Positions 23,205 through 39,289 are shown, counted from the first letter of the stretch. The stretch: 64,000 nt of DNA from Macrostomum lignano (GCA_002269645.1 NIVC01000785.1:1-64000), one strand, 5' to 3'. A program made the numbers and translations. The notes: generated by a model not told the origin, from the sequence alone.

Positions 23205-26009
23205 TTGTGTACTGTAGCATTACATTATTCCAGAAACTATGCGGGTTTATGAAATAAATTATTTTTTGTTCCTTCTAGTCACCTCAACAAAGTAATTGTC
23301 AACTATTCTGTTCAGAAGGTTAAATTTGCAGCATTTACAAACTAATGACAGTGGATTGCTCAAACATCAGGCCAGCTAGGATCTGTATTAAAGCCATTCA
23401 ATAAGCCAAATCCTCCAGAAACCATTCGATAGTCTTCTTCAATAAATTTTAGAAAAAAGTCATCTTAAAGACAATTCAATTCTTTAAATCCGATCAACAG
23501 AGTATCTTAATGATTAATGCATGATTAAACGTTCGTACTACTCTCAATAGTACGCTTAACTTAAACCTTAAGTTTTCGGAGGAAATTGAAAGAGATTTCA
23601 AAAAAGATTCTTACCGAGTGCGGTTCGTAGCTTTGAGAATAAAATCCGTTAACCTTCTCGCTATTGAAGTGATTGTACTGTGCACTGGAGTATTGTAAGC
23701 TTCCCATCTTAAAAGCAACTGTAAAAATACATCATAAATCACCAGAATTTCCGTGGAATAAACTAACTCCAAAGTACCGCTGCGAGCTAAAATACGCATT
23801 ATAAAAATGAAGTTGTAGATGTGGTTCAGCTGTCCACAGATTTAGGTACTCTATAAGTAGACAAAAACTCTTTTCTAAACCAGCTAATCAAAAATCATAC
23901 TAACCAAAATGCTAGTCTTCATGTTGGAAATACACACACACAGAGAGTAAGCAATTGCTCTAATTCTACTGCGTGAATTTTCAAATGAATCATTGATCAA
24001 CGCCTTACAACGTTTCAGGTTGAGTCGGGATCTCAAAGAGTTGTCCGCCATTAGTCAAATTAGCTGAAAAGATACATCAAAATCAATTTGGGCCTCCACG
24101 TTGGCTCTTTTAAGCGTCCAGCAAAACCCTTTCTAGAAAATTTTTCTTTGATTTAAAATCGTCTGTTCTTCTAGCTCGTAAAGCACTAATCCGCCAACAC
24201 AAGGATTTAAGTCGACCTCGAGTTTTTCGACACATGACTTAATTACGTTACACACAGGGACACACATTTAAAGCTATTTTTTAGGTTTTGTCAGGAATTC
24301 CTCGGTGTTCCTCGCCACACGGGTTCACTGGCTACACTCTAAATAGTCACAAACACATCAAGCCCAGGACCCCCAAAACTCTCCGGACCAGCCCTACCCC
24401 ACGCCAGCCAATTACCACGCCGGAGGAGATAGAAAAGACTGAGTAAGCTGCCTGGCCCAGCCAATCAGATTTCACCAGGTCTCAGAGCCATAACCCAAGT
24501 CGAAAACAATATGCGTAATACGTAAAGGCCCAGAAAATTGGGGAATGGAAAGGCAGGCACACTGAGTCATGCAGGGAAGCAAACGAAGAAAGAGTTGTCT
24601 GCCCTTGTACTGCAAAAAAGTGCAGAACACAACAAATCGCTCAATTTATCAATTATGTTCGGCATGGCACCCGGAGAAAGAGGGAAAGCAATAAAAATTA
24701 TACTCTGTTCTGAGCTGATCAATCTCGTGTCTGACAGCATAGAATAGAAAATTAAGGTTGGGATAATTTTTCATGACATTTGTTGCTCTGGATCTCGTTC
24801 TCGTTCAAGGGCGTTCTCAAATGCTTGAGAGAGGGCTTTAACAAGGAAAGATGCTTCTGTGCAAGCCCAGTATGTAAAAGCCGAGTCTCTAGGACTCTAC
24901 ATGTAGGTACAATTGTATATTTGACTTTAGCCTAACTTTAGACGTAAGTATAAAAACTTATCGCGTCGTAATCCATCGATGTATATCTCAATGTACAAAA
25001 GTACGAACGAACATATTTGTCAGCGACGCCGATAGACGGATATTGGTGTGTCAGTCGGGTGAATTTTTCTGTTTTTTAGCCATCACATTTAGCCATCTCG
25101 AGCGTTACATATACTGTAAATTTTTGTAATTGATGTGTAAGTAAAATTTGAGTATATACTCAGCAACATTGAAAAGTCGCCACCATTTGCCCCAGTAGGC
25201 AGTGTCTTTTGACCAGCGTCTATCACCTGGCCAACCATTTTGATAATAAAAAATGCTTGAAAAAACAATGAAAACCGGGCGGAAGCTTCAATCCAATCTT
25301 CGCCCTCCGCTCTTCCCAATCCCTCCTCACCCAGCCCAATTGAATGATGCAACGGAGTTGCGTCACTCAAAAGTCAATACTGAGCTAGAATCTACAGCGC
25401 ACTCTCAAAGGTGCCGACTTTTTAATGTTGTTGAGTATATTTTAATAGTTCTGCCGTCAATCTGATTTTAGTTTGAGCTATCGATACAGTTGTTATTTGA
25501 AAAAATCTTCTTTCATCAAATTTACCAGACTGAAAACCGTCCAATATTAAACAGTGGAGATTAGTTCATTTTTCTCTGTTTCTTTTATTTGTATGCATTT
25601 TCTGTCAGCTACTTCTGTTCCGCTGCCTCTTAGCAAAACAATGCTTTCTGGTACCTCACAAAGTCATGGACGATTGCTAGAAGGGCTTCTACTTCAGCTG
25701 AGAAAATATTTCATCACTATTTCTAGGGATTCTATCGCGTGACAATTTTAACGAAACAAATGAATTCCGAACTGAAGTTGGTAGATTGCGTTGAATACTT
25801 TGAGAGGCTTCCGTTGTAATTGATTCTGACACTGTATTCATAAATAGCTCGTAAAGACGGAACGCAACCGGCAACTTTTATTTGCAAGAACAAAAAAGTG
25901 TCGATTAAAGTTAAAATTTATTGCAACGGATTTTCAGATTGAAAGCGGGCATCAAAGTATCTGTTGGGGGAGGCCGAAGTTCGTAAACTTTTTTTTCTGC
26001 AGAATTCCG

Positions 26010-26243
26010 TCATCCAAACCGCGGTCGGCTCATGGAGTTCAGGTAGCGGCGCAGGCTCGACAGGTACCGAGCAGCTTCAGCAGCGGATCGAAACTCGCCA
26101 TTGGAGCCGAGGCTTCGCTTGCCGAATTGCGGTCTCGGCACCGAGTGAACGTGGCGATCCAGGTAAGCCAGGTACTTGGCAACTTCCTCAATCGAGCCAA
26201 GGCTCTGCAGCCTCGGGGACGGCGGTTGCGGCGACCGTTTCAC
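26010..26243 (-). CDS. npf: NPF/NPY-family neuropeptide precursor exon encoding two tandem peptides (...RPQF-GKR and ...RPRF-G-stop); signal-peptide exon not located
   Basis: KR|SPQPPSPRLQSLGSIEEVAKYLAYLDRHVHSVPRPQF|GKR|SLGSNGEFRSAAEAARYLSSLRRYLNSMSRPRF|G*. Peptide 2 has Tyr 10 and 17 residues from the C-terminus plus RPRF-Gly, the NPY/F signature. An in-frame TGA lies 7 codons upstream of the V of VKR, so a 1-bp indel or an unseen splice is needed. Confidence 0.85.
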   Translation of the reverse strand: MKRSPQPPSPRLQSLGSIEEVAKYLAYLDRHVHSVPRPQFGKRSLGSNGEFRSAAEAARYLSSLRRYLNSMSRPRFG

Positions 26244-27607
26244 CGGGAAGAGTCCCGCCGATCATTTTCGATGCTTATTTAAAAGCGACTGTTTATCTTT
26301 AAAGAAAAAATATTTCGTCAAGCTCGATGTGGCGAGAAGAAAAGTGACGTCAATCGCATGCTGAGGTACCATATTAAGCTTTTGCCTTCACCTCACGCCA
26401 TCCATAGCAGCTTTTCTTGGTTTGATTGGACTGTGACTCAGTGGGCCAATGGACGGATTTGAGTAAATTTACGAAGCCTGTCTTACCGGATTGAGCAGAA
26501 ACTTCTCCTTGATTCGTTTTAGCTTATGTCATCAACGCTTTTGTTTTGTGCAGGAATATGTCATTGTCGACTGATTAAACAGGCAGTAATTCCTCATTCT
26601 TTCACCTTAGATAACTAAGAATGTACTGTCACTCGAGTTTCTAAACTCAAAACAACCATCTGTGATCCCTAAATGCATGAATTTGGCTCCTGTACATGTA
26701 CTTCTCACTTAAGCACACGTATTGCTTAAGCAGCCGAATGGGAAAGGATAACTGTGACGTTTTTCATGTCTCTCTCATATCGATGCGCCGCTTTGCTCAT
26801 TCTATTTGCAATCGATATTTTAGGAGAGAGGCGGTAGGCAAACACCGGCGGCTGTCTCTCGCGGTATCAGGCTGCCCGACGCAGCCCACTGGCAGGATTT
26901 GTCAACAGCTCCGGGGGGGCCGGTGAGTGATGACACGCCAGCCATCCCGGTGTTTTCTCACGACTTCCGTTCCTTCAATCTTGCGTTCTGAATTTCAGTA
27001 AAAAGTACATGCAAAGCTATTTGTTATTTTTTTACATTTCCGCTTTCGAGAGCTGCTAGCCTTGAAGAAGTTGTCTCAGAAATCCAAACCTGTGTATACA
27101 AAATTGGGTCTTCGCTTCCATCTGTATCCGCTTCAGTGAGTTTCAGAAACGATTTTCGTAGGCGTAGCACGCAGCCAATGCGTCTGCTACACGGATGAAG
27201 AGAAATGATATTCTTGCAATACAATTCCTGCGTAAGAGTTTTGAAAGACTCTCGACTGATGGACCACCAGTTCGATCTACAATATTCGAGGAGAATTAGA
27301 AAACTCACTACTATCATTTATTTAGCGTGTGGTTAAATACGAGTACATCAATATTAATATACGGATATTAGCAACATTAATATACGGAAGCTTGTAAATT
27401 AGTGGCTAGCGTGGTGCATGCATGTCATAAGAAACAACTATTAAAAGAATGTCCCAGTGTCATTGGTTTCTGTTAATGGTCACTTACAAAAGTGAATATT
27501 GTTTCAGGTATGTCAGGTAAGTTTCAGGAAATTCTAAAAGGCACGTCTGGAATTAATTTGTATGATGTATAGCCCGCTGGTAGAACCGGCTCTTCGAAGT
27601 CTCCTTT

Positions 27608-30600
27608 CTAAACAAAGTCTGATCTTTGCTTATTGTTGAAACATTCGCAGGCTCCAGCCGTCGCGATCGTAGCAGCTCCAGCGTCCAGGGCCGTATCGCT
27701 GAAAGGAATTTCCTGCTGCAGATGCTGCTGCTCCTGTTGAGTTACTGCTGGCTCCTCATTGGATGAAGCGGCTCGTCGATTCGACAGACGGCTCTGCCAA
27801 TGCACCGCCAGCTTGATGAGCAGTTCCAGGACCTCGACAAGCCACACCAAGGTCAGGCCGATCCACATGGACAGCAGGCCACCGATCTGACTAAGCGTGG
27901 AGGCCAGAGTGCGCACCGGTTTGTCAACAATCTGCAGCACCGTGAAGTCTTTGCGACTGATGCGCAGCGTCAGGAGACTGCGGGACACCAGCTTGTTGCT
28001 GATCACCAGCTTGGCGGCTTCGGTCTGAGCAAAGCAATCGGGCGGATGGTGAAATAGAAGTCTTTGTGGCTGTGACAGTGCTAATTTGCTGATAACTCAC
28101 AGTTAGTTGCTTTAAAGGGAAGCTTCCTTGTACTTCAAAAGAGAAAAAAATAGTCTCAACAATAAACACCTACAATTTTCTAATTGCCCAAGGTTGTTTC
28201 TACCTTTGAAAGCGTAAAGTAATGAGCAAGCAGAGCAAAAAAGTTATTTCAGCAAGTCAAAAGGCAAAGACGCTGAGACGAAGACAAAAGAGGCTCGATG
28301 GAGACACAGACATCTTTTCAGCTAAATGAAGACTATTTTAGGTAATACCTACAGATGATTTCCATTTTGAGCATTTTGAGTACAACAGGTATATCCATAT
28401 AGACACCGAAAACAGAAGTGACTACTCTTGAGTAGTGAATCACGGAAATGATAGAAAAATTTTGATTTTAATTTTTGTACTTTTATGAATTACGAACGAA
28501 CTTGTAGCCATAGGGAGGCGGGGTGGCGCATACACATTGCGGCCCACTTACTTCACAAAACGTATCTAAGCTTGTACTCACTCTGCTAGAACCTTTAGCC
28601 CGGACAACATCCTCGTACATCTGCTTCACTGTCGCGTATGCTTGCCTGGCTGGATTGTTGAGAATTGAGTGGTTTCGAGATCGATTCGGATCTTCAAACT
28701 CGTACTCGGGGCCGTGTTGCAGCAGCGGCAGCAGCTCGCTCTCGAACAAGTGCAGCTGCATGGAGTCTCGCGGCCACAGGGCCTGAGTAGTGGACACCTC
28801 GTAGGTGAGGTAGTTGCACGGCAGAGGGCAATGATAGTCCACCTGTTGGTCAAGCGGTTACAGAAGAACAAAGTATTTTCTGAGCTAAGAAAATCGATCA
28901 GGCCTAAAGCACTGTGTATAAAATGTCCAACGTCAAAAGATCTTAAGGACCTAGGACTGAGGACCTGAGGACCTAAATTGTAAATCAAAACTACTCTAAT
29001 TGACCCATGAAGGTGCTCTCCCGTCCGCTTGCGCTTTGGAGGCACAGCACCAATGTCACTGGAAAGGTTCACTAAAAATATTCACTAATCTCCCATAAAG
29101 ACCCGAATTCATGGGAGATTAGTGATTTACAAAAGTGATTTAAAATTTCAAAAGTGATTTACATCTCGAAATGAACCCAAAAGGCCGCAGCGGGTTCGCT
29201 TTGTTGTCTGCACCAACCCCCGGAGGCTGAATGAGTTGAAATCGCCGTCTAGTCGTTCGCACATGGCAGACGCATTGCCCTTGGAGTAGAGCATTGAGGC
29301 CAGCGTGCAGCCGCACTCTCGCTCGATGTACTCCTGGTGATGCAGGCGCTTGCAGGCGTCGATGGAGTAGGCAAAATTGCGGCCGAAGATGTGCAGATGC
29401 GGTGGCACTCTGTGATGGCACTCTCCGTAGGGCCTCGGCAGTCGAGTCCAGTTGACGCTGGTGAAGCGAACCTCGGTCAGCGTGCCGGGGTACACGTTGA
29501 AGCCAAGCTTTGTAACATCCGGGAAGCTGCCTTGCTCATGCAATACTACCCTGGCGCCCATGATCTGCGTGTTCGGATCGATGGTCATGCAGTCATCGCA
29601 GCCGATGCTGAGCTCGTGGCCCAGGTAAAGCAGCATCTCCATCTCGATGACAGGATAACTGGTATTCACGCTGAAAGTGTAGCAATTGAGCCGGCTCTGA
29701 TCGTGCACTTGACGCCAGCTGCCAACTGCCTGACAGCGAGGACTGCTCATGGGCAGCTCACTGGAGCCGTCTCTATATTTTTCAGCATCTGGGCGCAAAA
29801 CAGTAAGAAAACAGCTGCGAACCTGCGTTGGAAGTTTAAAAAAATTGTGAAAGTTACGTTAGATATCTGGGCAAGATAATTAAGTCACTGTTGACGTTTA
29901 CAAGTTGCCAACAGTTACGAAAGTTAGGCAACTTTAGGCAACGAAAGTTAGTTAGGAATTTATTTTCATATCACTTCTCGATAAGACAGACCTAAAGTTC
30001 ACACTCATCAGTTTCGGGTTTATCAGGTTCGAGCGTTTATAACCATCCAGTAATTGCATCCGGTATTGATTTTAATGGGTTTGAAATATTGAAACTGACC
30101 AGCTGATTCAGGGTGAAGCCTAAATCTGACGGCTCGTGCCCGGCCGGTATGTTGGAGAAGTAGCTGTTCAGCGAGAAGAAACCGGCCATGTAGGGACTCA
30201 GCTGCTTCCAGTCTTCCCGGCTGATGTTCTTCAGCCTGCTTAGCTGTTTGGCCGCCTGCTTCACTGCGGCCCAATAGTCTCGAGGAGCTCGCCAGCCGTG
30301 CCGGTAGATGGTCTCGCGGCCTTGCAAAGACAGAGGCACCTGGTTGCACACCGTGATCGATGGGAACTGAGCGTCCAAGCGATGCACGTGGCTTGGCATC
30401 TGGACGACATCGAAAGCCAAGTAGAGGTTGATGATCTGCTGCAGGTTGATGGCGCAGCCGATCATCAGGGCGGCCACGAACACCAGCCAGAGGATCTGGT
30501 AGCGCTGGCTGTCTGCACTGACAATGCGAGGTATGCCGCGCAAACTGGTGTTGCGGCAGAAGCGCAGCAGGATTTCTCTGGCGCGCTCGCTCTGTCCCAC

Positions 30601-30744
30601 TCGGGAGTTTTGATCTGCCTGCATCTCGGCGCGCTTCACCGATCGCGTTTGATGGTCGGTGCAGTCGGACTTCGTGCGAGGACCCGGGAGGATTTTTAGA
30701 TACGACCAGTTTTCAACAACTCTCCCATCAGAGATCTTTCTCAT
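27608..30744 (-). CDS. DEG/ENaC (amiloride-sensitive-type) sodium channel subunit, ~660 aa
   Basis: Four exons, all phase 0, GT-AG: 30744-30100, 29822-29163, 28842-28582, 28024-27608. Motifs: FCRNTSLRGIPRI, TM1 LWLVFVAALMIGCAINL, FPSITVCN, NCYTF, GARVVLHEQGSFP, GFNVYPG, YSIDACKRLH...ECGC, CPLPC..LTY, TM2 TLSQIGGLLSMWIGLTLVWLVEVLE. Confidence 0.94.
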
Positions 30745-31731
30745 TTCAGTAATTTATTTTCGTCACAAATTTAGAGTCCGGGAGGCGGCGTGCCTTGGCC
30801 GCGGGACAGGATATAGTAATAGGCTGCTGATCTGCATTGAACCGCGTCAGCTACTAAAACTGCAACTGATCACGCAGGCAGGACTGATTCAGCTTGCAGG
30901 GACCGCCTCCCCAATTGCTCTATCTCCTCCCTCATTCTCTCGCTGGCCGGCATTGATCTGAAAATGACTGCAATAATCTGCCTCCCCTTAAGCCTCTATC
31001 GTTCATAAAAAAGTTTTTTGTCCAACCCGATCATCCGCATTAGTATGCCGTATCTCATTGCCTCATCGCTTTTGATTCCCGACCCAGCGATGTAGGGGGA
31101 GGGGGCGTTGATCATCAGTTTGATCTCCACCAGTTGGAAATGATTGATATGCAAGAGACCGCAGCTAATTACCCCTCCCCTCTCTGACAAGGTCAAAGCC
31201 AAAATGCTATTCCAATTTGTTTTTGCTTCTGGGGGCTGTCGGAGTTCTCATAATTATCTTTTTTGACTTTTGCTGGAGGACTTCTCAAAGAGAATGTCAA
31301 ATCTAATGGGTTTCCAAGTTATAGTTCGAGGGCGAGCTGGACCGTGTGGTGATATTTGCTAAATAATGTCTCCAAATTTCTGTGTTCGCGCTCTGGCAGC
31401 TTAGGAAAACCAACTGCAGCAAGGGCAGGGCAGACAGGGGGGGTAGAGGGGAGCCGAGTTTGAGTGGAATGAAGCAAATTGAAGCCAGAGAGAGGTAAGC
31501 TGTAACAGAGTGCCTAACGTGCCTCGGGGAGGGGCATTGAAGCCCAGCTGTTTTGCGGAGCGAATCGATTGGGTGGGTAGGCCAGTAGGTAGCGCTGACG
31601 CCAGATGGCCAAGCTGCATGGGGTATGACAGGCCTCCATGCCGAGAGGTACCTGGTTGGTAGCTAATTATTTATTATGTTCTGAGAAACGCCATTCGGGT
31701 GTTGAGCAGGCATGCGAAAGATTGTTATACA

Positions 31732-35159
<3,428 letters not shown>

Positions 35160-35743
35160 AGTCGCACGCGGACTTCTGGTTCTGAGAAAATAGTTTCACT
35201 TTCGTCGTGGTCGATATTCTGATAACAACGTTTCTTAGCACTTGTAAGTCACGAAAGTACACGACATACTTTTAAGTAAGGTTTTCGTTCGCATAATTAA
35301 TAGAATTCCAACTCGGTGAAGAACTTCTTGATTTTGGTCTTCATTTGATTAATTTGATTAATTTATAGTTGGAGTACAGATGTAGACACGAGCTAATTAA
35401 AACAAAAATTTCGTTCGAATGCTCAAAAACTCTAACCTTCCATGAATGAGTCAGACTATAGAAAAGCAACGCGATCTTGCAAGCAAAGTGAGTCCTCTGG
35501 ATTGATGAGCTCGCCAGAAATTTGGCATTGGAAAAATATGAAAGCTTTTTGTAGAGCTCGAGATTCACTCTGACTTTCTGGTTCTGTCAAAAGAGCTGCT
35601 GCAAAAGAAACAGAAAATCAGAGAACGGTTCAAGACTCGATTTCAAATACCCCAGGAAGAGGGAGGAGAAAAAAGACGGCTAGGCTACCTGACTAGGACT
35701 CTGCAGCTGAGAGCAGTCACACGTCAATCCCGATACTATCCAT

Positions 35744-36591
35744 ATGTTCGAGGGCGCTCTCGTACGGCGCAGGTTCGACTGGAACGCCAGCGAGTGCGAG
35801 CCAATACGCCGGATGCTGGCCAACCGTCCTGCGATGCGGCAGACGTCGCCATTGTCCTGCGGACTGCTGCCCGCCTCGCTGCTCGCGCCGGCCCTCTGCC
35901 TCGTCACCTGGGGCGCCCTGAGCCCGCGGAGGAGCCCAGCAAACGGCACTGGCAGCAGCAACGGCAGCCGCTCGTTTCGTTTCTCTCTGACTTGCACGAC
36001 CGCTTTGCTGAGTCTCTACTTGGTCACGTCGCAGCGAGCCGAAGCTCTGGTCTGTCGTCTGCGGTCGCCTAAGCGACTGCGCAGGTCAAACTTTGCCGGG
36101 TGCCTCCTGGCCGCCTGGCTGACTGCACTGGCCCTGTCCGTGGTTCAATCCCTGTCAGAAGTCTTTGTAGTCTGCGCTGCAGGTCCGGACTCCTGGTGCT
36201 GGCATTCAGCGTGGCGATGTCTTTGAAGATGCTGTCGCGGCCGCGGAGCTTTCAACAGTGCACCACCGGACGGCACATCAAGCGCTCGGCGAGCCAGACT
36301 GTCCTTGCCGCGGCTCTGGTGTTCTCCATGATGCACCTGCCGCCTCTGGTGGGCGCCGGGCTGCAGAACTTTTGCCCGGGATTTGAGATCACCAGCCCAG
36401 CCGGCAAGGCGCTGCAGGGCGCCACCGAGGCCGTCTGCACCGTGCTGGTCATTGTCAGCTTCGTCCCGGACGTGCGGACTCGACTCTGCTCGTGGCTGAT
36501 CCGGTGGCGGCGGCGGCAGCGAGGTATCGGGTCAACAGGAGCCGTCAGGTGTCGCGCCAATCATCGACAGGTTTCCGAGGAAGTCGTGTGA
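35744..36591 (+). pseudogene. Degenerate or truncated class-A GPCR-like membrane protein with a frame change near 36170-36190
   Basis: TM3-like TCTTALLSLYLVTSQRAEALV, TM4-like CLLAAWLTALALSVVQ, then in the next frame TM5-7-like GLLVLAFSVAMSLKML, SQTVLAAALVFSMMHLPPLV, EAVCTVLVIVSFVPDVR; TM1-2 not clearly present. Confidence 0.42.
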
Positions 36592-36785
36592 AACAAAAAC
36601 GATTGGATCTCACTACTCACTGAGTACTTAGTTTAAGTAGTATTAGAAAGTAGGGCAAGAATTAAAATAACTTGCAGCAGATGTAGAATCAAGGACCACT
36701 AGAAGTTACTAGAAGACCTACGAGCGTAGTGATCCTTGTGTAGAATATTTCGAACTTTATGTCTTGCTTATTAAGAACATTTTTT

Positions 36786-37926
36786 GCTTCAGAGTAAATA
36801 GAGCCAGTATCCTCACCTGTTACAGTCGGTCTCCTCACTCCCTGTTACAGCCAGTATCCTCACCTGTTACAGTCGGTCTCCTCACTCCCTGTTACAGCCA
36901 GTATCCTCACCTGTTACAGTCGGTCTCCTCACTCCCTGTTACAGCCAGTATCCTCACCTGTTACAGTCTGTCTCCTCACCCTGTTACAGTCGGTCTCCTC
37001 ACCCTGTTACAGTCGATCTCCTCACCCTGTTACATACGGTCTCCTCACCTGTTACAGCCGGTCTCCTCACCTGTTACAGCCAGCAGTATCCTCACCTGTT
37101 ACATACGGTCTCCTCGCCTGTTACGTCCGGTCTCCTCACCTGTTACATACGGTCTCCTCACCTGTTACGTCCGGTCTCCTCACCTGTTACATCCGGTCTC
37201 CTCACCAGTTACAGCCAGCAGTATACTCACCTGTTACACCCGGCCTCCTCACCCTGTTACACCCGGTCTCCTCACCCTGTTACAGTCGGTCTCCTCATCC
37301 TGTTACAGTCGGTCTCCTCACCCTGTTACAGTCGGTCTCCTCACCCTGTTACAGTCGATCTCCTCACTCTGTTACAGTCGGTCTCCTCACCCTGTTACAC
37401 CCGGTCTCCTCACCCTGTTACAGTCGGTCTCCTCACCCTGTTACACCCGGTCTCCTCACCCTGTTACACCCGGTCTCCTCACCCTGTTACAGTCGGTCTC
37501 CTCATCCTGTTACAGTCGGTCTCCTCACCCTGTTACAGTCGGTCTCCTCACTCTGTTACAGTCGGTCTCCTCACCCTGTTACAGTCGGTCTCCTCACCCT
37601 GTTACAGTCGGTCTCCTCACCCTGTTACAGTCGGTCTCCTCACCCTGTTACAGTCGGTCTCCTCACTCTGTTACAGTCGGTCTCCTCACCCTGTTACACC
37701 CGGTCTTCTCACCCTGTTACAGTCGGTCTCCTCACCCTGTTACAGTCAGTCTCCTCACCCTGTTACAGTCGGTCTCCTCACCCTGTTACAGTCGGTCTCC
37801 TCACCCTGTTACAGTCGATCTCCTCACCCTGTTACAGTCGGTCTCCTCACCCTGTTACACCCGGTCTTCTCACCCTGTTACAGTCGGTCTCCTCACCCTG
37901 TTACACCCGTCCTCCTCACCCTGTTA
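36786..37926. repeat. 23-bp minisatellite (CCCTGTTACAGTCGGTCTCCTCA), ~1.1 kb
   Basis: Direct inspection; variant units at the left end. Confidence 0.97.
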
Positions 37927-38349
37927 CATTCAGAGTATAAGTTGCAAGCTTTCCCTCGATAAAGCGAGCATTGTCAACATCCTAGAGAGCTTATCCCCTA
38001 AGATACATGTAGAATGCATGCAATTAGTAATCAGATACGTGAGACCAAAACGCAGTTAATAAGCATTCGTTGATGAATCAACAGTAATAAACCTATACGC
38101 TAATTGGCCGATTTTGACAACAATCTGCCATTAGCCTATTATTGATGATCTGCACATCTATAAATATTTTATTGGGTCTAATTGCGGACCAAGACTCATT
38201 AGAATCGACGAAACTGAGCAGTTTGAGCTGTTAAAATTATGAGTCGTTTGTGCCAGAAAGATTCAGGAGTGCTTAGAGCATCTGAGCTGCTCGTCTGGTC
38301 AAATTAATTTGAGTCTTGTACACGAAAATTGGTGGGAGGGTTGTCCTGC

Positions 38350-38453
38350 AATTCACATCCTTGACGGTCAACCCTCAAGGCATAGACAGTGTACATGTCT
38401 GACGATAAGAAAGTCAGGGACGCTGTACACTCCTGTGTGAGCGTGTGTACGAG
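38350..38453 (+). repeat. Ancient ~100-bp dispersed repeat, copy C
   Basis: Aligns by eye with copies A and B. Confidence 0.7.
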
Positions 38454-38826
38454 TGCGAATGGAATGGACAGAGTTGCCTCAGCGTTGGTTATGGGCCGGT
38501 GTCGCCGAAGGCGTTGCGCCACGGTGCCTGCAGCTTCCAGCGGATGTTTATTATTTTTATACGAGGGTTGAATGCAATATCGCTAGCTACCTTCCTACAG
38601 ACCTATAGTTTCTATTATTAGCAACAAAAATCAGCAAGTAATTATGGGTCTAGTTTTACCTGTCCTGCGCCTTCGTAATGTATGTAGAGAGAGAGGAGAG
38701 GTAAGAGAGAGAGAGAGAGAGAGAGAGAAGAGAGCACAAGAGGGCGAGACTCAGCGACACGAACTTACCTTAGCTCGTACGCTCGTACAGTCTGATGAAA
38801 AACAGAGTACGAGCGCCGGTGACACG

Positions 38827-38902
<76 letters not shown>
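38827..38902. repeat. (AG)n microsatellite (a shorter tract at ~38703-38730)
   Basis: Direct inspection. Confidence 0.97.
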
Positions 38903-38906
<4 letters not shown>

Positions 38907-39289
38907 CTGTCGGAGTAAAATCTCAGTGTCAAACTGCTGACGACTGTGATAGCTGCTTTAGTGTCGTGAGAAAAGGTTTGAATGAAGTGCCGCCCCCCCC
39001 CCCTCCCTATTGTTCGCGGCAAGATGGCTATACGAGCTTTTTTATGTACTTACTTTTACGGGACTCGCTAAAACTCAGGAGCGAGCGACCACTTTGGCCT
39101 TTGCTGTCTCAGCGTTGAAAAAAGAAGAATTTGAACTACTTCGTAGCTCAAAGACAAAAGTTTCATGAGCCTTAAAATTGCTCGATGCAAGGAGTGGCTG
39201 CTGCAAGTTAAATCTTAAAAAACAATTTCAATGCATCACGTTATGAAAGGAAGGAGAGAGTTGAGAGAGGGAGTGGCAGGAGACGAGGA

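Noticed and set aside
26017-26024. Possible donor CG|GTTTGG at the conserved NPY intron position in the last Arg codon
   Set aside because: Weak donor, no downstream FGKR exon found, and read-through already gives RF-G-stop
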